NCBI GenBank assembly: GCA_028534125.1 | Contig: CM052817.1 | Location: 92,754,001 to 92,818,000 of the forward strand | Source: Lama glama | Lineage: Eukaryota | Reading direction: 5' to 3' | DNA length: 64,000 nt | Shown here: piece after piece, positions 24,406 through 39,050 of the stretch | How the letters are laid out: every line of letters begins with the position of its first letter | How positions within the stretch are numbered: position 1 is the stretch's first letter | Made by a program: the position numbers and the translations under genes | Notes under the pieces: model-generated | Told to the model about the DNA's origin: nothing | What the model saw: the letters and a program-made list of their open reading frames with translations, nothing else | The model's database searches: none

Positions 24406-26989
24406 CTGTGCATGCACGCGCGTGTGAGTGTGTGTGTGCTTCCCTGATTTAATATTTCACAGCTTGCCTATATCTGAAAAAAGTTAAAAAAACACGTGTG
24501 AGGGATTGGCTTTTTCCAGTTGCTAGTTATCACCTACGTCGAAGTGCTGTGACAGTGCTCTGAACAAGTCAAATGCCTTCAGTCTTTCCTGCTGAAGGAA
24601 TTTTGACCTCTTCCTGCATCCCCACAGCTCTCCACTGTCAACAGGAGTTTTATGTGCAGCAGAGAAAGGCAGGGACTGGTCCGGATCAAGGATCTGGCCT
24701 TGGTAACTCTGAGCACATTCCCAGAGCTGATCAAAGACAGACACACACAAAGATGTTGACTAACAGGACAAACTTTTCATCAAAAATAAAAAATTCAAGT
24801 GAAGTATCAGTGGATCTTAGTTATAAATCATTTTTACTTTGGGGAAGAAAAACAAAACATGGGAGCCAAATGAAGATTTGTTGAAATGCCCAAATGAACC
24901 CAAATACATAAAAAATCCTGTCAGATTAGGTTAAAATGGACACTAGAGACTTCTTTATGTAACTGACTCTTGAATCACAGGAACAAGAAGATCTTCCAGG
25001 GATCACAGTCAGAGACAAGTAAGGCTATACACTGACTAATCCTGAAAAAAGCCTCTTCAATCTTTGGTAAAGGTCCTCCGAATCCTTCCAGCCCTCCTTC
25101 TGTTAAAACTGTATTGTTTTTTCATCCATGAATTTAATACACCTCATATTTCTACAGGATGTCATTTTTCTCTCTTGGCACTCAAAGGCAGTCAAAGCCG
25201 TCACCTGTAATGAAGAATTACCCAAGAAACCCCTTACCAGTGAGATGGTAATTAACCAGAAAAGAGACAAACAGAACAATGAAAGGATGCTGCCCGAGAA
25301 ACACAAGGTATCACAGAAGGACCAGGGAAAAACCCAAACCAAGAAGGATCATGACTCACTTTAAAGACCAAGATCTACTCTGCACCCTACCTTCACCTTC
25401 ATGGGCACATTTATTCATGTCATCTAAAGCCGTATCTTATACTCCATGGAAAGCCAAGTCTTCGAAGGAACCAGTGCAATGCTGCTTGCTGGAGCACACC
25501 ATCACTTGGCAGAATACGGGTAGGGGAGAAGTAGCAGGTAATTCACAGCAACTGCTACACAGCAGCCAAAAGATGCTGCAGGAAGTACAATGAGGTGCAA
25601 GGTTTCCGTTCAGTAATGTCCTGGCAGAATGTTAGATATTATGCATCTGTGGACCACTGGGGAACAAAGCCTACAAGAAGACCCATCTTGGCATGCAGCC
25701 ATCCAGGATGGGTCAGAACTGCAGGTAAGTGAAAAAGAAACAGCTGCTGTTACTTTGTGAAGGTGAAGAAGGAAGTATCTTTGAGATACAGCGTTTGGTG
25801 AAAGCTACCTAGAGATACCAAGATGATGGAAATCAACATAATTCTTCTCTCATTTCTCACTCTCTCTTCTGATAAAATCTAAGAACTGGGGTAGAAGCAA
25901 CAGATTTTCAAAATAAGAGCAGCAGGCAGGCCTGATATTCAGCCACAGGTAGGGCCAGGCCAATTGTTCGTGGTTGGCACTTGTTTTGAGAGAAAGGTAT
26001 TATGAAATATTGTTAATATCAGTTGTGTCTCAACTAAGGGATGACAGAAACCTTACAAGTATGAAGCAAAAGGGAGAACAGGCGAAGCTAGATGTTTCAA
26101 GGGTTTATATTATGCTAATAGTGAAAAAGGAATTATGAATAGTCTGTCATTAAGTACTAGAGATAACAAGTGAAAGGTGTAACCAACATAATTAAGGATA
26201 AGAACATTAGTCTAAAAAAACTTAAGAAATAGATCTACAGAAAAAAAAAGTGTCACACTCGAGAGGAAAATGGTAAAAATAAGAGCTATTAGGACAACAG
26301 AATTAAGATAAAAAAGGTTAAAGGAAGAGAAAAAAATTTACAACAGTTACAACAAGGGTTAATTTCTAGAAAAATAAAAAACATTCAAGATGTTTTTTAA
26401 AAATTAAGGCATTAAAAATTTTTTTAATAAGACCACCATCAAAACCCCAATGGATAAGTGGACAAGAGATTCAAAAATTTAATAAAGAAGAAACACAGAA
26501 AGTGAAAAAAATAACCCACCACAAAATCATTGCCAATGATCAAAGAAATATAAATAAAGGGAATTCCGCCAGCAAATATTCCAGCAAAACTTTTTTTTTT
26601 TAAAATAAAAGTCTTTGGGGTTGGGATGGAGAAAATAAGTAAACTCATTCATTGCTGATGACATTATAAATAGCACCTATCTGGAGAGATACCTGCTGAT
26701 GAAAAGACAATAAATATGTTCAGTTACTCCACTGCTGTAAATTTATCTACGGATATAATTTTTAAAATGTGTATGATCCTTGCAATAAAAACTAACTGCA
26801 AGCTACTTAAATGCCCCTAAATGGAGGAAAAGCCAAGTATTTTAGAGTATAATTGATAAAACTGAATATTACACTGTTACTAAAAGTATAAACCTGATTT
26901 TTTAAAATGTGGAGACTTACAAAATCATTAAAGTGAGAAATATATGCAAAACATATACATACATATGGATACTTAAAACTTCTTTCCCT

Positions 26990-28710
26990 TTCAGTTTTAT
27001 TGCAATATAATTAACATATAGCACTACATAAGTTTAAGGTGTACAGCATAATGATTTGACTTACAAACATCATGAAATGATGACCACAGTAAGTTTAGTG
27101 AACATCTATCATCTCAGACAGATACAAAATAAAAGAAAAAGAAGAATTTTCTTTCCTTATCATGAGAACTCGTAGGATTTACTCTCTTAACAACTTTCAT
27201 ATATAACATACAGCAGTGTTAATTATATTTATCATGTTGACATTTTAACCCTAGTACTTATTTATTTTACAACTAACTGGAAACTTGTACTTTTTAACTG
27301 CCTTCATCCAATGCCCTCTCTGGCCACCTCCCACCTCTGGTAACCATAAGTCTGATCTCTTTTATTATGAGTTTGTTTTTGAAGTATAATTGACCTACAA
27401 CACTATGTAAATTCCCAGTGGACAACATAGTGCTTTTATATTTCTGTATGTTACAAAATGATCACCATGATAAGTCTAGTTACCACCTGCCACCAAAGAT
27501 ATTATGTTATTACTGACTATATTCTTCACATTGCACATTTTATACCTGTGACTATTTTGTAACTGCAAGTTGTACCTCAATCTTTCTCATCTATTTCTCT
27601 CATCCCCTGTCCCCCTCCCCTCTAGTAACTGCTTGTTTGTTTTCTGTATCTATGACTCTGTTTCTGTTTTGTTATGTTTGTTCATTTGTTTTGATTTTTA
27701 GATTACATGTACAAGTAAATTCATATGGTATCTGTCTTTCTCTGTCTGACTCTTTTCACTTTGCAAAATATGCTCCAGGTGCATCCATGCTGTCACAAAT
27801 GGCAAGATTTTATTTTTTATGGCCAAGTAATATTCCATAATGTATGTGTGTACACATATATACATATACGCACATACATATATATGTATACACACTACAA
27901 CTTCCTTATCCATCCATCTACTGATGGTCAATTAGATTCTTTCCATATCTTGGCTACTGTAAATAATGCTACAATGAAGGTAAGAATGGTTATCTTTCTG
28001 AATTAGTGTTTTCTTTTTCTTCAGATAAATACCCAGAAGTAGAACTGCTGGATCCTACGGTAGTTCTAGTTTACTGTTTTTGAGAAACTTCCATAATGTT
28101 TTCCATAGTGGCTACACCAATTTACCTTCCACTAACAGTGCATCAGAGTACCTTTTTTTCACAACCTGGCCAACACTTGTTGTTTGTTATCCTTTTGTTA
28201 ACAGCCATTCTGACAGCTGTGAGGTGATATCTCACTGTGGTTTTGATTTGCATTTCCCTGATGATGAGTGAGGCTGAGCATCTTGTCATGTGCCTATTGG
28301 CCATCTGTGTGTCTTCTTTGGAAAAATGTCTTTTAAGGACCTCTGCCCATTTTTTAATCTGGCTGTTTGTTTTTTTGATGTTGAGTTGTATGAGTTCTTT
28401 TTATAATTTGCATATTAACTCCTTATCGGATAGATCATTTGCAAATATCTTCTTCCATTCAGTAGGCAGCCTTTTCGTTTTGCTGATAGTTTTTTTCACT
28501 GTGCAAAGGTTTTTTAATTTGATATAGTCCCATTTGCTCAGTTTTGTTTTTGTTTCCCTTGCCTGAGGAGACAGATTCAAAAAAATATTGCTAAGACTGA
28601 TATCAAAGAGCATACTGCCATGTTTCCTTCTAGGAGTTTTACGGTTTCAGGTTTTACGGTTAAGTTTTAAAAGTATTTGGAGTTTATTTTTGTGTATAGT
28701 ATAAGAAAGC
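26990..28710 (-). mobile_element. L1MA9-like LINE-1, 5'-truncated (3'UTR plus ORF2 C-terminus)
   Basis: The minus-strand ORF at 28401-28613 reads ORF2-like ([41 protein letters not shown]). The 3'UTR contains aaggtgtacagcataatgatttgactt...gagaactcgtaggatttactctcttaacaactt. Confidence 0.92.
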
Positions 28711-29519
28711 TACAAAAATTATTTTTAATTTATAAATATTTAATATTACACTGCCATATATATGTGTATGTACATATATACATATAAAGATATATGGAGA
28801 AGTATTTATAAAAATATTAAGAGAAAAGTTGAAAGATATATATTTCTAAGTACACATAAATATATACATATGCATAATATATTACAATTATATACACTTA
28901 TTAAAAGTTTGAAACAAAAATCAGAAGGAAGCACAAATAAATGAAACTGGTTGTAGTGTTTGGAATATTTATTATGATTCAATATTTTTCTAATTATAAT
29001 TTAATTTTTTTCCTCTTTTTTATGACATAAATAGATTTAAGACAAAAAGTTCTTAAAACCTGAAGAAAAGCATTTTCCAGTTGACATATTCGAGTTTGTA
29101 AGAAACCCCAAAAGAAAATGTTGAGTTTAGAGACCTAGATTTCTCAGAAAGGGAATTAGGTGAGTTTATAATTTTATCAAAGGTCACTGCTATTTGACTT
29201 GTATAAGAATCCCTTTCAGTGGGAAAATATTCAAGACAAAACTCAGCCTTTCTAATTTTCCTTTCTCTTTAGAAATATGTGACTCTAAAATTGACGACTG
29301 TAGTATTAGACAGTGGTATATGAGGAAGTAATAACTATGCAGAGAGACATTGCTTCCAACTGGCAACGAGCAAACTTACGTGTGTGATACATGATTCATA
29401 TTAATATACATACACATGCACTATACATTAATACACAGATACTCAGTGAATGATAACTTTTTAAGGTAGATAAGCATTATTAGGTAACAGAGTGTGTCTT
29501 TGGGAGAGCTTTCCTGAAA

Positions 29520-31090
29520 GCAGCAGAGCTCTAACGTCATGCCTCCCTGTGCCCCAGCCACTGGCTTTGGGTCAGTTTCTTATCCATGTGAACGTGCCCT
29601 GCTTCTGGGGGCTCTGACCTTTTCACCTTGCTGTTCCTCCCACCTAGAACACTATTTTCCCCATATATTCACATGGCTCAGCCAGAGGTTATATGCAAAA
29701 TACTCAACAACTGACACACTTGGGGGAAACAACCAATTAGTCCAAACATCTGACTAATCAGAGGGATGTTGTCTGTAAAAGCCATAGGGCTGTCCAAGTG
29801 CCTCCCCACTGGATGCCAGTCTTCAGATCTGGGCTCAAACATCACTTTTTAGAGAGGTTGTCCTATCTAAAAGAGCATCCAGTCATTATCTCATGTCTCT
29901 ACCTTCTTTTTTCCCCTAGGGCATTTATCATTACCTGTCAATATATATTATATATATATCTGTCAAACTTTCTCGTGTCTATATTCCTCCTATTATGTAA
30001 GTTCCAAGAGAGCAGGGACCTTGCCGGCTCCTCTCAAGTTTGCCTGTGACTTCTACTTGCTAAAGCCAATGGTCAAGTCTTCTCAACTGTGAGTTATCAT
30101 CAGCTATTGCCCACTCTTTCTTCTTGAAATCCTTTCCCCTGCCGAAGCTCTAGAACATCAGAAGAGTGCTTAATTTTCTGTCCTTCTCTGGCTGCTCCTT
30201 CTCCATCACCCTCTCATCTCCCCGACCTCTGAGCCTGGCTGGAGCATCTCTGGTCTCAATATCCTGGCGTTCTCAGCAAAAATCACAGCTTTAAATAACA
30301 CCTACATGCTGATAACTCCCAAATTTCTACCTTCCGCCTGAACTCCAGACTTATCTATCCAATTTTCTGCTTGTCATTTCCCTTGGATATAAAACAGGCA
30401 TCTCAAACTCCACTTGCCTCAAGCAGAACTCCTTGCTTGCCACCCCTAAAACATGCTCCTCCTCAATTCTCCCTAGCTCAGTTAATATTAATTTTTCTGG
30501 TCAGACCAAAAACCTTAATCTCATCTCTGATGTTACTCTTTTCCTTATGCCCCATAACTGGTCTGTTAATAAAATGTGTTGATTCATCCTTCAAATGATA
30601 CTCAGAATCATATCTCTTCTCATCTCCATTTCCACCATCCTGGTCTGAGCAGGCATTATCTCTTACATGTATTATTGCAAAAGCCTCTTAACTGACCTCC
30701 CTGTCTTTCTCCTTGCTTTTTTTTTTTTCAATTTATAACAGCCCCAGAGCCAGGGTGCTTTTGTTAAAACATTTAGGTTTAGATCATGTCATTGCCTTAC
30801 TCAAAACCATCCAAGGGCTTCCATGACACCTAGAGGTCATCAGATCTAAGGGCCTGACATGGCTCCTTGTTCTCTCTCTGATCTCATCTGTCATTGCTTC
30901 TCCAGCCATACTGGGCCCTCTTCTGTGTCTCCAATAAGTCAGACATGCTGCTGCCTCAGGGCCTTTGCACTTCTTTCTTCTACCTGCAACATCATTCCTC
31001 AGATAGGCACCTGGATGGCTCCTTCACATTCCTCAAAGGCACTTCCTTATTGAAGTCTTACCCAGCCCGTCTAACCAAAATTTAAACTTT
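29520..31090 (+). mobile_element. Cluster of L2 LINE fragments
   Basis: L2 hallmarks: gtaagttccaagagagcagggacc (3' end), atgctgataactcccaaatttctaccttcc..gaactccagact, ctgcctcagggcctttgcactt. Confidence 0.75.
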
Positions 31091-31714
31091 TCCAGACTAC
31101 TTCACTTATACAATACCTACTTTGATTACATTTCCAGTACTCCTAGTTTAAAGCATTTTAATGGGAAGAGATCATACAGGCCAGATCACGAGAGCCCTGG
31201 TAAGCCAAGCAAAGCTTTGACCTTTCCCAGAAGGTGGTGAGGAACCAGTAAAGGCTACTAAGCAGGGATGTGATACCATCATGGTTGTGTTTTTAAATTA
31301 TTATTTTGGTAGTGCTGATTTTTTTTAAACAAAGCATAAGGAATATTAAACTCTGGCATAATAAGGAGACCAACAGAATTTTTTTAGAGATTTTAGCAAA
31401 GCTAAACTTTTCCTTAGTCAAACTGCTTCCATTTCTATCCACCACTTTATGACAACCTTTTACTTCAGTGGTTATGTTCACTGAGTCTATTTCATAGGAA
31501 CTGATGGAACTTCAAATTCTTTAACCATTTGGGATTTCACATTAACTTTCCCTCCTCAAAGTTACAAATACTAAACAATCAGAAACCCCTAAGTAAAGCA
31601 AGATTTCACATTAACAGGAAAACGTTTCAATATTAAGTAGTACGATAAAATTCTGAGTGACTCGAGCCCCACTGTGGCAGGCTGGGGCGGGGGGGAGTCT
31701 GTTTCCCTGCTAAA

Positions 31715-31840
31715 GAAACAGATTCTACTCAACTCCAGCAAATTGTTGCCAGACTTCTCTATTTTTCAAAAAAATGCCAAAACTCAGATGTTTATGTGGA
31801 ATCTCTCAAGTTTTGAAATACTGACATGAAATCAAACCTT
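31715..31840 (+). mobile_element. MER102-like hAT fragment
   Basis: ctactcaactccagcaaattgttgccagacttctctatttttcaa...gatgtttatgtggaatctctcaagtttt. Confidence 0.55.
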
Positions 31841-31929
31841 TCCACCATCGCGTTCGACTCCAGCGGTGGCAATTTTTGCCATCTCATGGGTGATCTGGGA
31901 GCCTGTATCACCCTCTCAGTCATTTATTT

Positions 31930-32100
31930 CCTTGCTTAGCTGCTCTATGCGTCAGTTTCCTTAGCTGCAAAACTTGGATAACAGCACCATCATCTAATCA
32001 GGTTGCAGTTAGGAATAAATTAAATAATAAATGGAAAGTATTTCACCTAGTGCATGTCCTAGAGTAAGTCCTCAAAAAAAGTTACCATTTTCATGATCGC
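31930..32100 (+). mobile_element. MIR fragment
   Basis: ctctatgcgtcagtttccttagctgcaaaact...gttgcagttaggaataaattaaataat. Confidence 0.7.
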
Positions 32101-33265
32101 TACTCCCTTGAAAATGAACACTTGGCATCCGCCCTCTTAAAATTTACGCGTTTCTGAGTCAGCTGACAGTATTTCCTGATACACACTCAGTGGAGATCAC
32201 TCTTCTGAAGACTGTGCAAATAGGCAAGGAAAATAAGCAGGGTGCCCGCCTTTGTCACTGTAACTAGAATGAGGAATCAGAGTAGACGTGCATTAAGTCG
32301 ACTTAAGGACATGCACTGAAATTCACGAAATGCATGAAACGGATGTTTGCAAAACCACAAGTAAAGCTGGGAATCTTAAGATAAGGGAGCAATGAGAGTT
32401 GGTGGATGATAAGGCAGGGCTGGGTATAGGATGAGTCCACATCAAATAGCTCCCTAAGGAAAATGAGTATTTAGGCAGGTTTCAAAACAGGACAAGAGAT
32501 GACATTTAAATTGGTGTATATAATGGGAAAGAAAAGTGATTTTAAGGAAGATCTCATGGAAGTCTTTCAACTATGTAAGCCTGCAGATTAGATCAGTTTC
32601 CCTGGCTGGAGTGGAGCTCTGGACAGGGAGTAAGGGAGTGTCTTTGGCATTTAGCTATGAGGGGTAGGCATGGGAAAAGATTAAATCTGTCAATGGCGAT
32701 AAAAATGAAAAAGAAAATAAGATAAATGATCTAGCCTCATTTTCTCTGCTAAAGCTGCCTCTTCAAAATGCTCTCTCCCTCCAAAGGAAGATCTGTTTAA
32801 AATGTGGTCCCTTTAACAACACTCTGAAAGCTCTCTCTCACCAGGCAGTACAAAAATGCTGCAGGCACCTGGTCTGTGAGACAATTGAGGTGGACTATAT
32901 TTATCTACACTTTCTTTCTTCACTCCTTAAAAAAACAAAACACATGTCTGCTGCAAAAACCACATAATGACATTTAAGGGAAATATTTCAAGTGAACAGA
33001 ATTATCTATATTTCCCAAAGTTTATACAATTCTTTTCATTTTTATATTTTCCTGTCTAATATATGTTCGTATGTCTACAGATTTGTCAAGCTATCATTAT
33101 TGTGTATATTCGGTTCTGTCTTCTATTTTGTTCACCTACCATGCATCCAAGTGTCCCCCTAAGTCTCTACAGTCACCACGATGACTTAAATGTCTGTGTC
33201 TTACTTCATCAAATTGATGCCTCCTAATTTGGTAAAATATTAGGCATTTAAATAATATCTGTTCC

Positions 33266-33555
33266 ACATAGAAACCAAACTTGTGGTTACGAGGGGGGAA
33301 GGGGGTGGGTGGTGGTAAAAACTGGGAGTTCGAGATTTGCAGATACTAACTACTCTAGATAAAATAGATTAACAACGTCCTACTGCTAGGACAGGGAACT
33401 ACAGTCAAAATCTTGTAATAACCTATAATGAAAAGAATACAAATATATATATATATATATACACATATATATATATGACTGAATCATATGTTGTATACCA
33501 CAAATTAACACAACATTGTAAACCAACCGTATTTCAATTAAAAGAAATAATGAAA
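33266..33555 (+). mobile_element. Lineage-type L1 3' end with 16-bp TSD
   Basis: catagaaaccaaacttgtggttac...gggagttcgagatttgcagatactaactact...A-rich tail, flanked by aaataatatctgttcc (33250-33265) and aaataatgtctgttcc (33556-33571). Confidence 0.9.
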
Positions 33556-35279
33556 AAATAATGTCTGTTCCTTTTTGTCAAAGAAAATGCCATAATACCC
33601 ATCGTTTGCACAGAATTATGGATTAAAAAAAATGCTATTGGATAGCTTCCTTGGATAAATTCAAAGGAGTGGGAGGACTGGGTCAGATGGTAGGAACATC
33701 TTAATTTCCCTTTAGCCCGCATATAATAGGATGAGCACAAATGGGTTGTAATGCTATGATAAGAGAACTGGTAACTTTGGATGCATAACCAAAGACACTT
33801 AGGTGGGAGTGTGATTTATACTAACTCACACTTCCGTTCATGCTCCACGACCTCATACAGGTCCGCACACACTAGATATTGGCCATTTAATAGAGCACAA
33901 CTGAATGTCAAGTCAGGCCTTTTCCCCACCTTAGCTCCCTCTACAAAGCTAATGTGCTGATAGTAAAGGCACAAGTAGCCACCTCTCTCTTTGGATAAAT
34001 TGCTCGGGAGAGGTATGACAGTGAATCTGCAAGCTTCAAAATCTAATAAACAAGAATTATCTGTTACTGAGAAATAAGAGAGAGGCCTAGCTCTGAACTG
34101 TATTAGGTACTAATACAATAAAAGGATGAGGTGGGCGCACACATCAAATTGGAACTATAAATCATATAGGGCACCCGAAACATTCTTGAAGCAAATGTGA
34201 TAATGGGGAATAAAACTGGAGTTAAAAAACCTGTGACATTTTATAAAACACCATTACTTTAAAATACTCGTGAAGGAGAAACGTCAAGGTTATTATTATT
34301 GAAGAGCACAATTAAAGTGAAACAGCTCTGACCGTAGTTTTCAGTTGAGCAGCTGGTAATTAAAAAATGCTTTGGAAGGGTAGTAGGATATTTTAATAAA
34401 GATGGAGGGCCTTGGGAATAATGACTAAATCTAGCTTCCTGCAGGAAATGGGAAATGAAGATTATTTAGTTTTGTGGTTAACCTCATCGGGATGAAAGAA
34501 CCAATCCTGGAAGTTTTGTAATTTCACTTGACCACCTTGGGTAATAAAATATTCTTCATTGCCAGGTGCCCAATGCCACTGGTTGGCGCTAGGCACATTG
34601 AGACCATGCCTCTACAGTGAAGATGTGCAGATCACAAAACGCAAGCATGATCAGCTCTACTTCCCTTGGCCATCCACTCCACGAACTGGTTAGAAGCTAA
34701 TCTCTTTAGATATGCAGCAATCCCCAAGGAACACTCAACCTAACGGTGCAGTGTGTTCACTAGCTTACAGGCAGGGTGGCAGCCTGTCTCCATCTGGTCC
34801 TCCGGCAACACAATCAGCTATGGTTTGGGGCACTGGTTTCTTGATTTTCTCTCAAACTACGTTCAAGGGATGTTATAATGTCAAAAGTTACATGATGCTA
34901 TATAATTCTACTTCCAAGAGAGTGGTAGTTTAGATGCTCTGAAGGATCTTCTCAAATATAAGACAACTAGCATGAAAAAGTTTTATTGCACCTCTGAACT
35001 CAAAGGATGTAAGAGAAATCTCTGAGGCAAAGATAAAAGATACCTCAGGGCTTGAAAAAGGGGTGTTTTCCTGAGCGTGCATGCTACTGTCAGCGATGCA
35101 ACGGGAGACAAGGATGCGAAGTGGCACCAAGGTGGCGGAGGACAGCCAGAGAACCTCGACTAAACCTGAGATGCTGGGCAGGGGCTAAAGTGGCCCTGAG
35201 TAGCAAGTCCTGATGACAAACACAAGGAATCTCTGGGGAAAAGTGACCTTCAACATCAGCCCTCTAATTTTTCAGTTTA

Positions 35280-36110
35280 ATATCAACCAAATCTGAACTC
35301 TACCATGAGTAAGAATCAGCAGAAACAACAAAGAACTCAGACAACAAGTACTTCATGTGTTGGAATAAAAACTGACTATAGAATGCTTCAAAAAAAGTAA
35401 AAATTTTGAATGCCCCAAATAAGCAAGCAAGAAGTGATTAAAAAATGATTAGGGGATTGAGAAATGGAACTGTTGGAAAGAAAATTAACTATTGAAATAA
35501 AAATACTCTGATGATGTTTAATCCCGAATATGTCAGAAAAAAAAAATACTCATCACCACTTACCATTTGAGTCCAATGGATCCTTTCACTGCTTATATTT
35601 TTAAGTTATCTTAATAAATACTCCATAGAAGAGTAAAGTGATAAAGGATTCCATGTACCCATTTAATAGTTTCAAGAGAGAATGAGTTTTAATCTATAAA
35701 AAATTAGTAAAATTTTCCTTTATAGTTCAAAAGACATCTAAAGAATAATAAGGTATTAATTTTTAACAAACAGTTCAAGCTGCTCATAAAAAAACCCTCC
35801 AATGCTAAAATTGGGTACAGTGGGCCCTCAAGATTAAGTAATCATTTAAACACAGTTGAAGATAGAATAAGTAAAGAATAATGGACCAGAAGAAATTACT
35901 CAGAACGCAGCACAGAGACCTGGAGACAGAATATTTGCAAAAGAGGTTAAGCGATGTGGAAGACAGAGAATGAGATGGTCTAACATATATCTAGAGAGCC
36001 TCAAAAGGAGAAGCTAGATAGAAAAGAGGCAGTATTTGAAGGTACAATGTCTGAGGGTTTTCTAAAATTAATTTTAAAAAACCCAGAGACACAGAATGCA
36101 AAATTTAAAA
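35280..36110 (+). mobile_element. Ancient L1M/HAL1 ORF1-like fragments
   Basis: A-rich ORF1-like text: acacagttgaagatagaataagtaaa...gaagaaattactcagaacgcagcacagaga...gagatggtctaacatatatcta. Confidence 0.6.
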
Positions 36111-38689
36111 AAAAGATCAAGAATTCATATTTTAAGAAATGTTTTACTCATATACCCCATGCACAGATGCACATTTTAAGGAAAACATGGTGCATTAACT
36201 AAATGCTTGTGTCAGGAACTGAACTTAGCACTAATTTGCCAGAGCAATTAATTATAATTAAGGTGTTCCTCTCTTTATACAATGTAATTGCTGACCCCAA
36301 ATTCTGCGTAAGTTATTTTTTTCTGAATCATATTTTAAAAGTAATGTAGTATACTACTATTTTAAAATCTCCTATTATATAGCCCTTGATAAAGAGGGGA
36401 ATCTTTCTATGCAACATATTTTAAGAAACTGTGATTTTTCACATGCTACATTTTCTAGAAACAAGATATAAACATATACTTGTGAAAGCAGCTATTTTTA
36501 CAGTTGTTGCTAACATAAATTTCAAAATAATACCTAAACACCTGCCCAGGCCCTTAAAATAGAAGGGTCCACTGTATTCAATTTTAGCTTTGAGTTTCAT
36601 TTTGGAACAAGAGTACTTAGAATTTACGTATATCAGTGTGCGGACTACGATAGGCCTTCAACAGATGTTAATTCTTACCTAAAAAATTATATTTGTATAA
36701 TTATAAGTTATATCTCAATTATGTTCTAAATAATTAAAATTATATGTATAATTTTTGTATTATATATAAAAATAACTTTAAAATAATTCAGTTAAAGTCG
36801 GGAAGGATATGACCAAAAGGGTTCATAGTGGTTATGTTTGAGTGGGGAGGTTAAGAGTTTGTTCCTTCTCCATAAGTGAATTGATTTTATCTATATGCAA
36901 TTAATACATGTTAGCAATATATTTATGAAAAGAGAAAAAATTCATTAAAAAACATTAGTTGAACAATTAAAACAACTATCATTTCAGTTTGGTTTCCCCA
37001 ATATAAAGATGTTGAAAAATATTAAATATTTCCTTATGTGACTAAGCTACCCTAGTTTTTATAAAATGCCCAGTATTCTGAAATATTCTTTAAAAAATTA
37101 CCTTTTTGAAAGACAGTATTCTGACAAAAAGACAGTAAGATTTCTTTGGCCAACATGTGTTCATTCATATCAATACAAGATTTTCCAAAATCCTTACTGG
37201 CTCTAGAGAAAATGGAATTGAATGCTATTCCTTAAATTTCAATACATTTGATGGCATTGCTGTTACACTCTTGATCAGAGCACCGACAAAAAAAAAATTT
37301 TGTTTGTCAATGTGAAATTTGTAGTTTAATTCTATACATGAAAGAAATCAACATATCACAACCACTGATGTAGGTGTCAAAATTAAGCATTGTCCAACTG
37401 GAGGCTCTGAGAGCCAAAGTGGGTTATTTGATTAAAAAATAATACGGGATTAGGTATCTCAACCATTTAGATTCCCCAGTTGGGTGTTTCTAGCCACCCA
37501 GACATGATGATGGTGATAGAAGCAACTAATTATAGTTCCTAATCAAGAATCACAAGGGGACTGATGACTGAAAACAGATTACTGAAAAGTCATTCTGTCT
37601 GGTTTTAGAATAAAAACTTGTGATTTGTTTGGCAAATTTGTTCTCATTACTCCGAGAGTAAGCAATTCAGTCACACGCAGAGGAACCAAAAGAAACTGGT
37701 CAGTATTCACTTCCTTTTTTAAAAAAACCATAAAGCAAATACCTCACATTAAGGTAAGTAAGAGCACAATGCTTAGTTTGCTTTCTCTGTTTGCAGAAAC
37801 AGTCTGCTTGATGACTACCTCTCTGATCCTTTAAAACACAGTAAGTGCCTATGAAAGCCCCGCTGGACAGTCACCGAGCTACCAGACCATCACCTCCGCT
37901 CTCGACACGCATTTTTCCTGTTGACCAGCCCCACTGCCTCCCAGGCGACTTCCCTGTGCCGAGATAACCCTACTACACGCATCAGCAATCCCTACAAGAA
38001 AGCCTGGTATCTGACCTTTTGCTCTGAAAGCGGTGGGCATGAAGACGCAACTCTACCGTGCAGGACTGCAAACTCCCAGTGATTTCTCCGAATTCAATAC
38101 AGCATCATTTGCCCTTTGATACATCTGAAATACTTAACTTCAAGCAACGATTGGAACCCACTGTGGCAGTATCCCATGAGCGACCTGATGAAACAAATCT
38201 GTGCACAAAATAAAAGGTATACCTTGTCAATAAAATGTGTACACACAATCTGTATTCTGATCTTAATATACTAAGTAGATTCGTTCCTATTAAGATGATT
38301 GAACATCTAGTTTGTCTATAATTGAAGATGTGGTCCCAATGGAAACCTTCAACAGCAGGTTTCTTATTATAAAATTACTACATACTCACTGTAGTTGTTT
38401 GGGAAATATACAAAGGAAGAAGAAAGGGAGGAAGGGGGGAAGTAGAGGGAAGGGTGGGAGGAGGAGGAAGGCTCAGCCTCACCAGGAATAATGCTGTGAA
38501 TATTTCAGAAGCTTTTTAAACTTGAGAGTATGATATGCCCTCTGATTTTCGGTCTGCCTTTTCCCACAAGATATGTTGCAAATGTATTTCGGTCAATACA
38601 TAATGACTGGCATCATGTGTAACAGCTGCACAGATTTCCATCCTGTTTGGCAGTTCCATGTAGCGACATGAAGGGCCTGCATTTGGAGC

Positions 38690-39050
38690 CAGACTGTCCC
38701 TTGTCTCAGTCCAGCCTCCATGGGTTTCAAAGAGCATCACTCAACTGTGCTATGCCTCAATTTCTTCATCTCTAAAGTGGGGGGGGGAAACCCAGTAGCT
38801 ACTTCGTAGGATTGTTGTGAAGATTAGTAAACATTGTAGGTTACATATTTAGCACAGCACCAGTATATGGTAACATACTTCATAAACGTTAACCACTAGG
38901 TTTTCCCATCACCACAGTCATGCCCACTGCTAAACAGTATAAGCTTCTTAAAGGCAGCAACTGGGTCTTTATGGGCGTTGAGGTCCCAGTGCTTGTCACA
39001 GAGCTGACGTGTGATGACAACGTGCAGAACGACTGAATGGATGAATGGCT
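38690..39050 (+). mobile_element. MIR (~38690-38890) followed by an L2 3' end (~38930-39050)
   Basis: MIR: tgcctcaatttcttcatctctaaagtggg..ggattgttgtgaagatta. L2 end: aagcttcttaaaggcagcaactgg...gactgaatggatgaatgg. Confidence 0.7.

Noticed and set aside
34566..34596. Short hairpin (gtgcc...ggcac) as a miRNA precursor
   Set aside because: The stem is too short and mismatched for a pre-miRNA.
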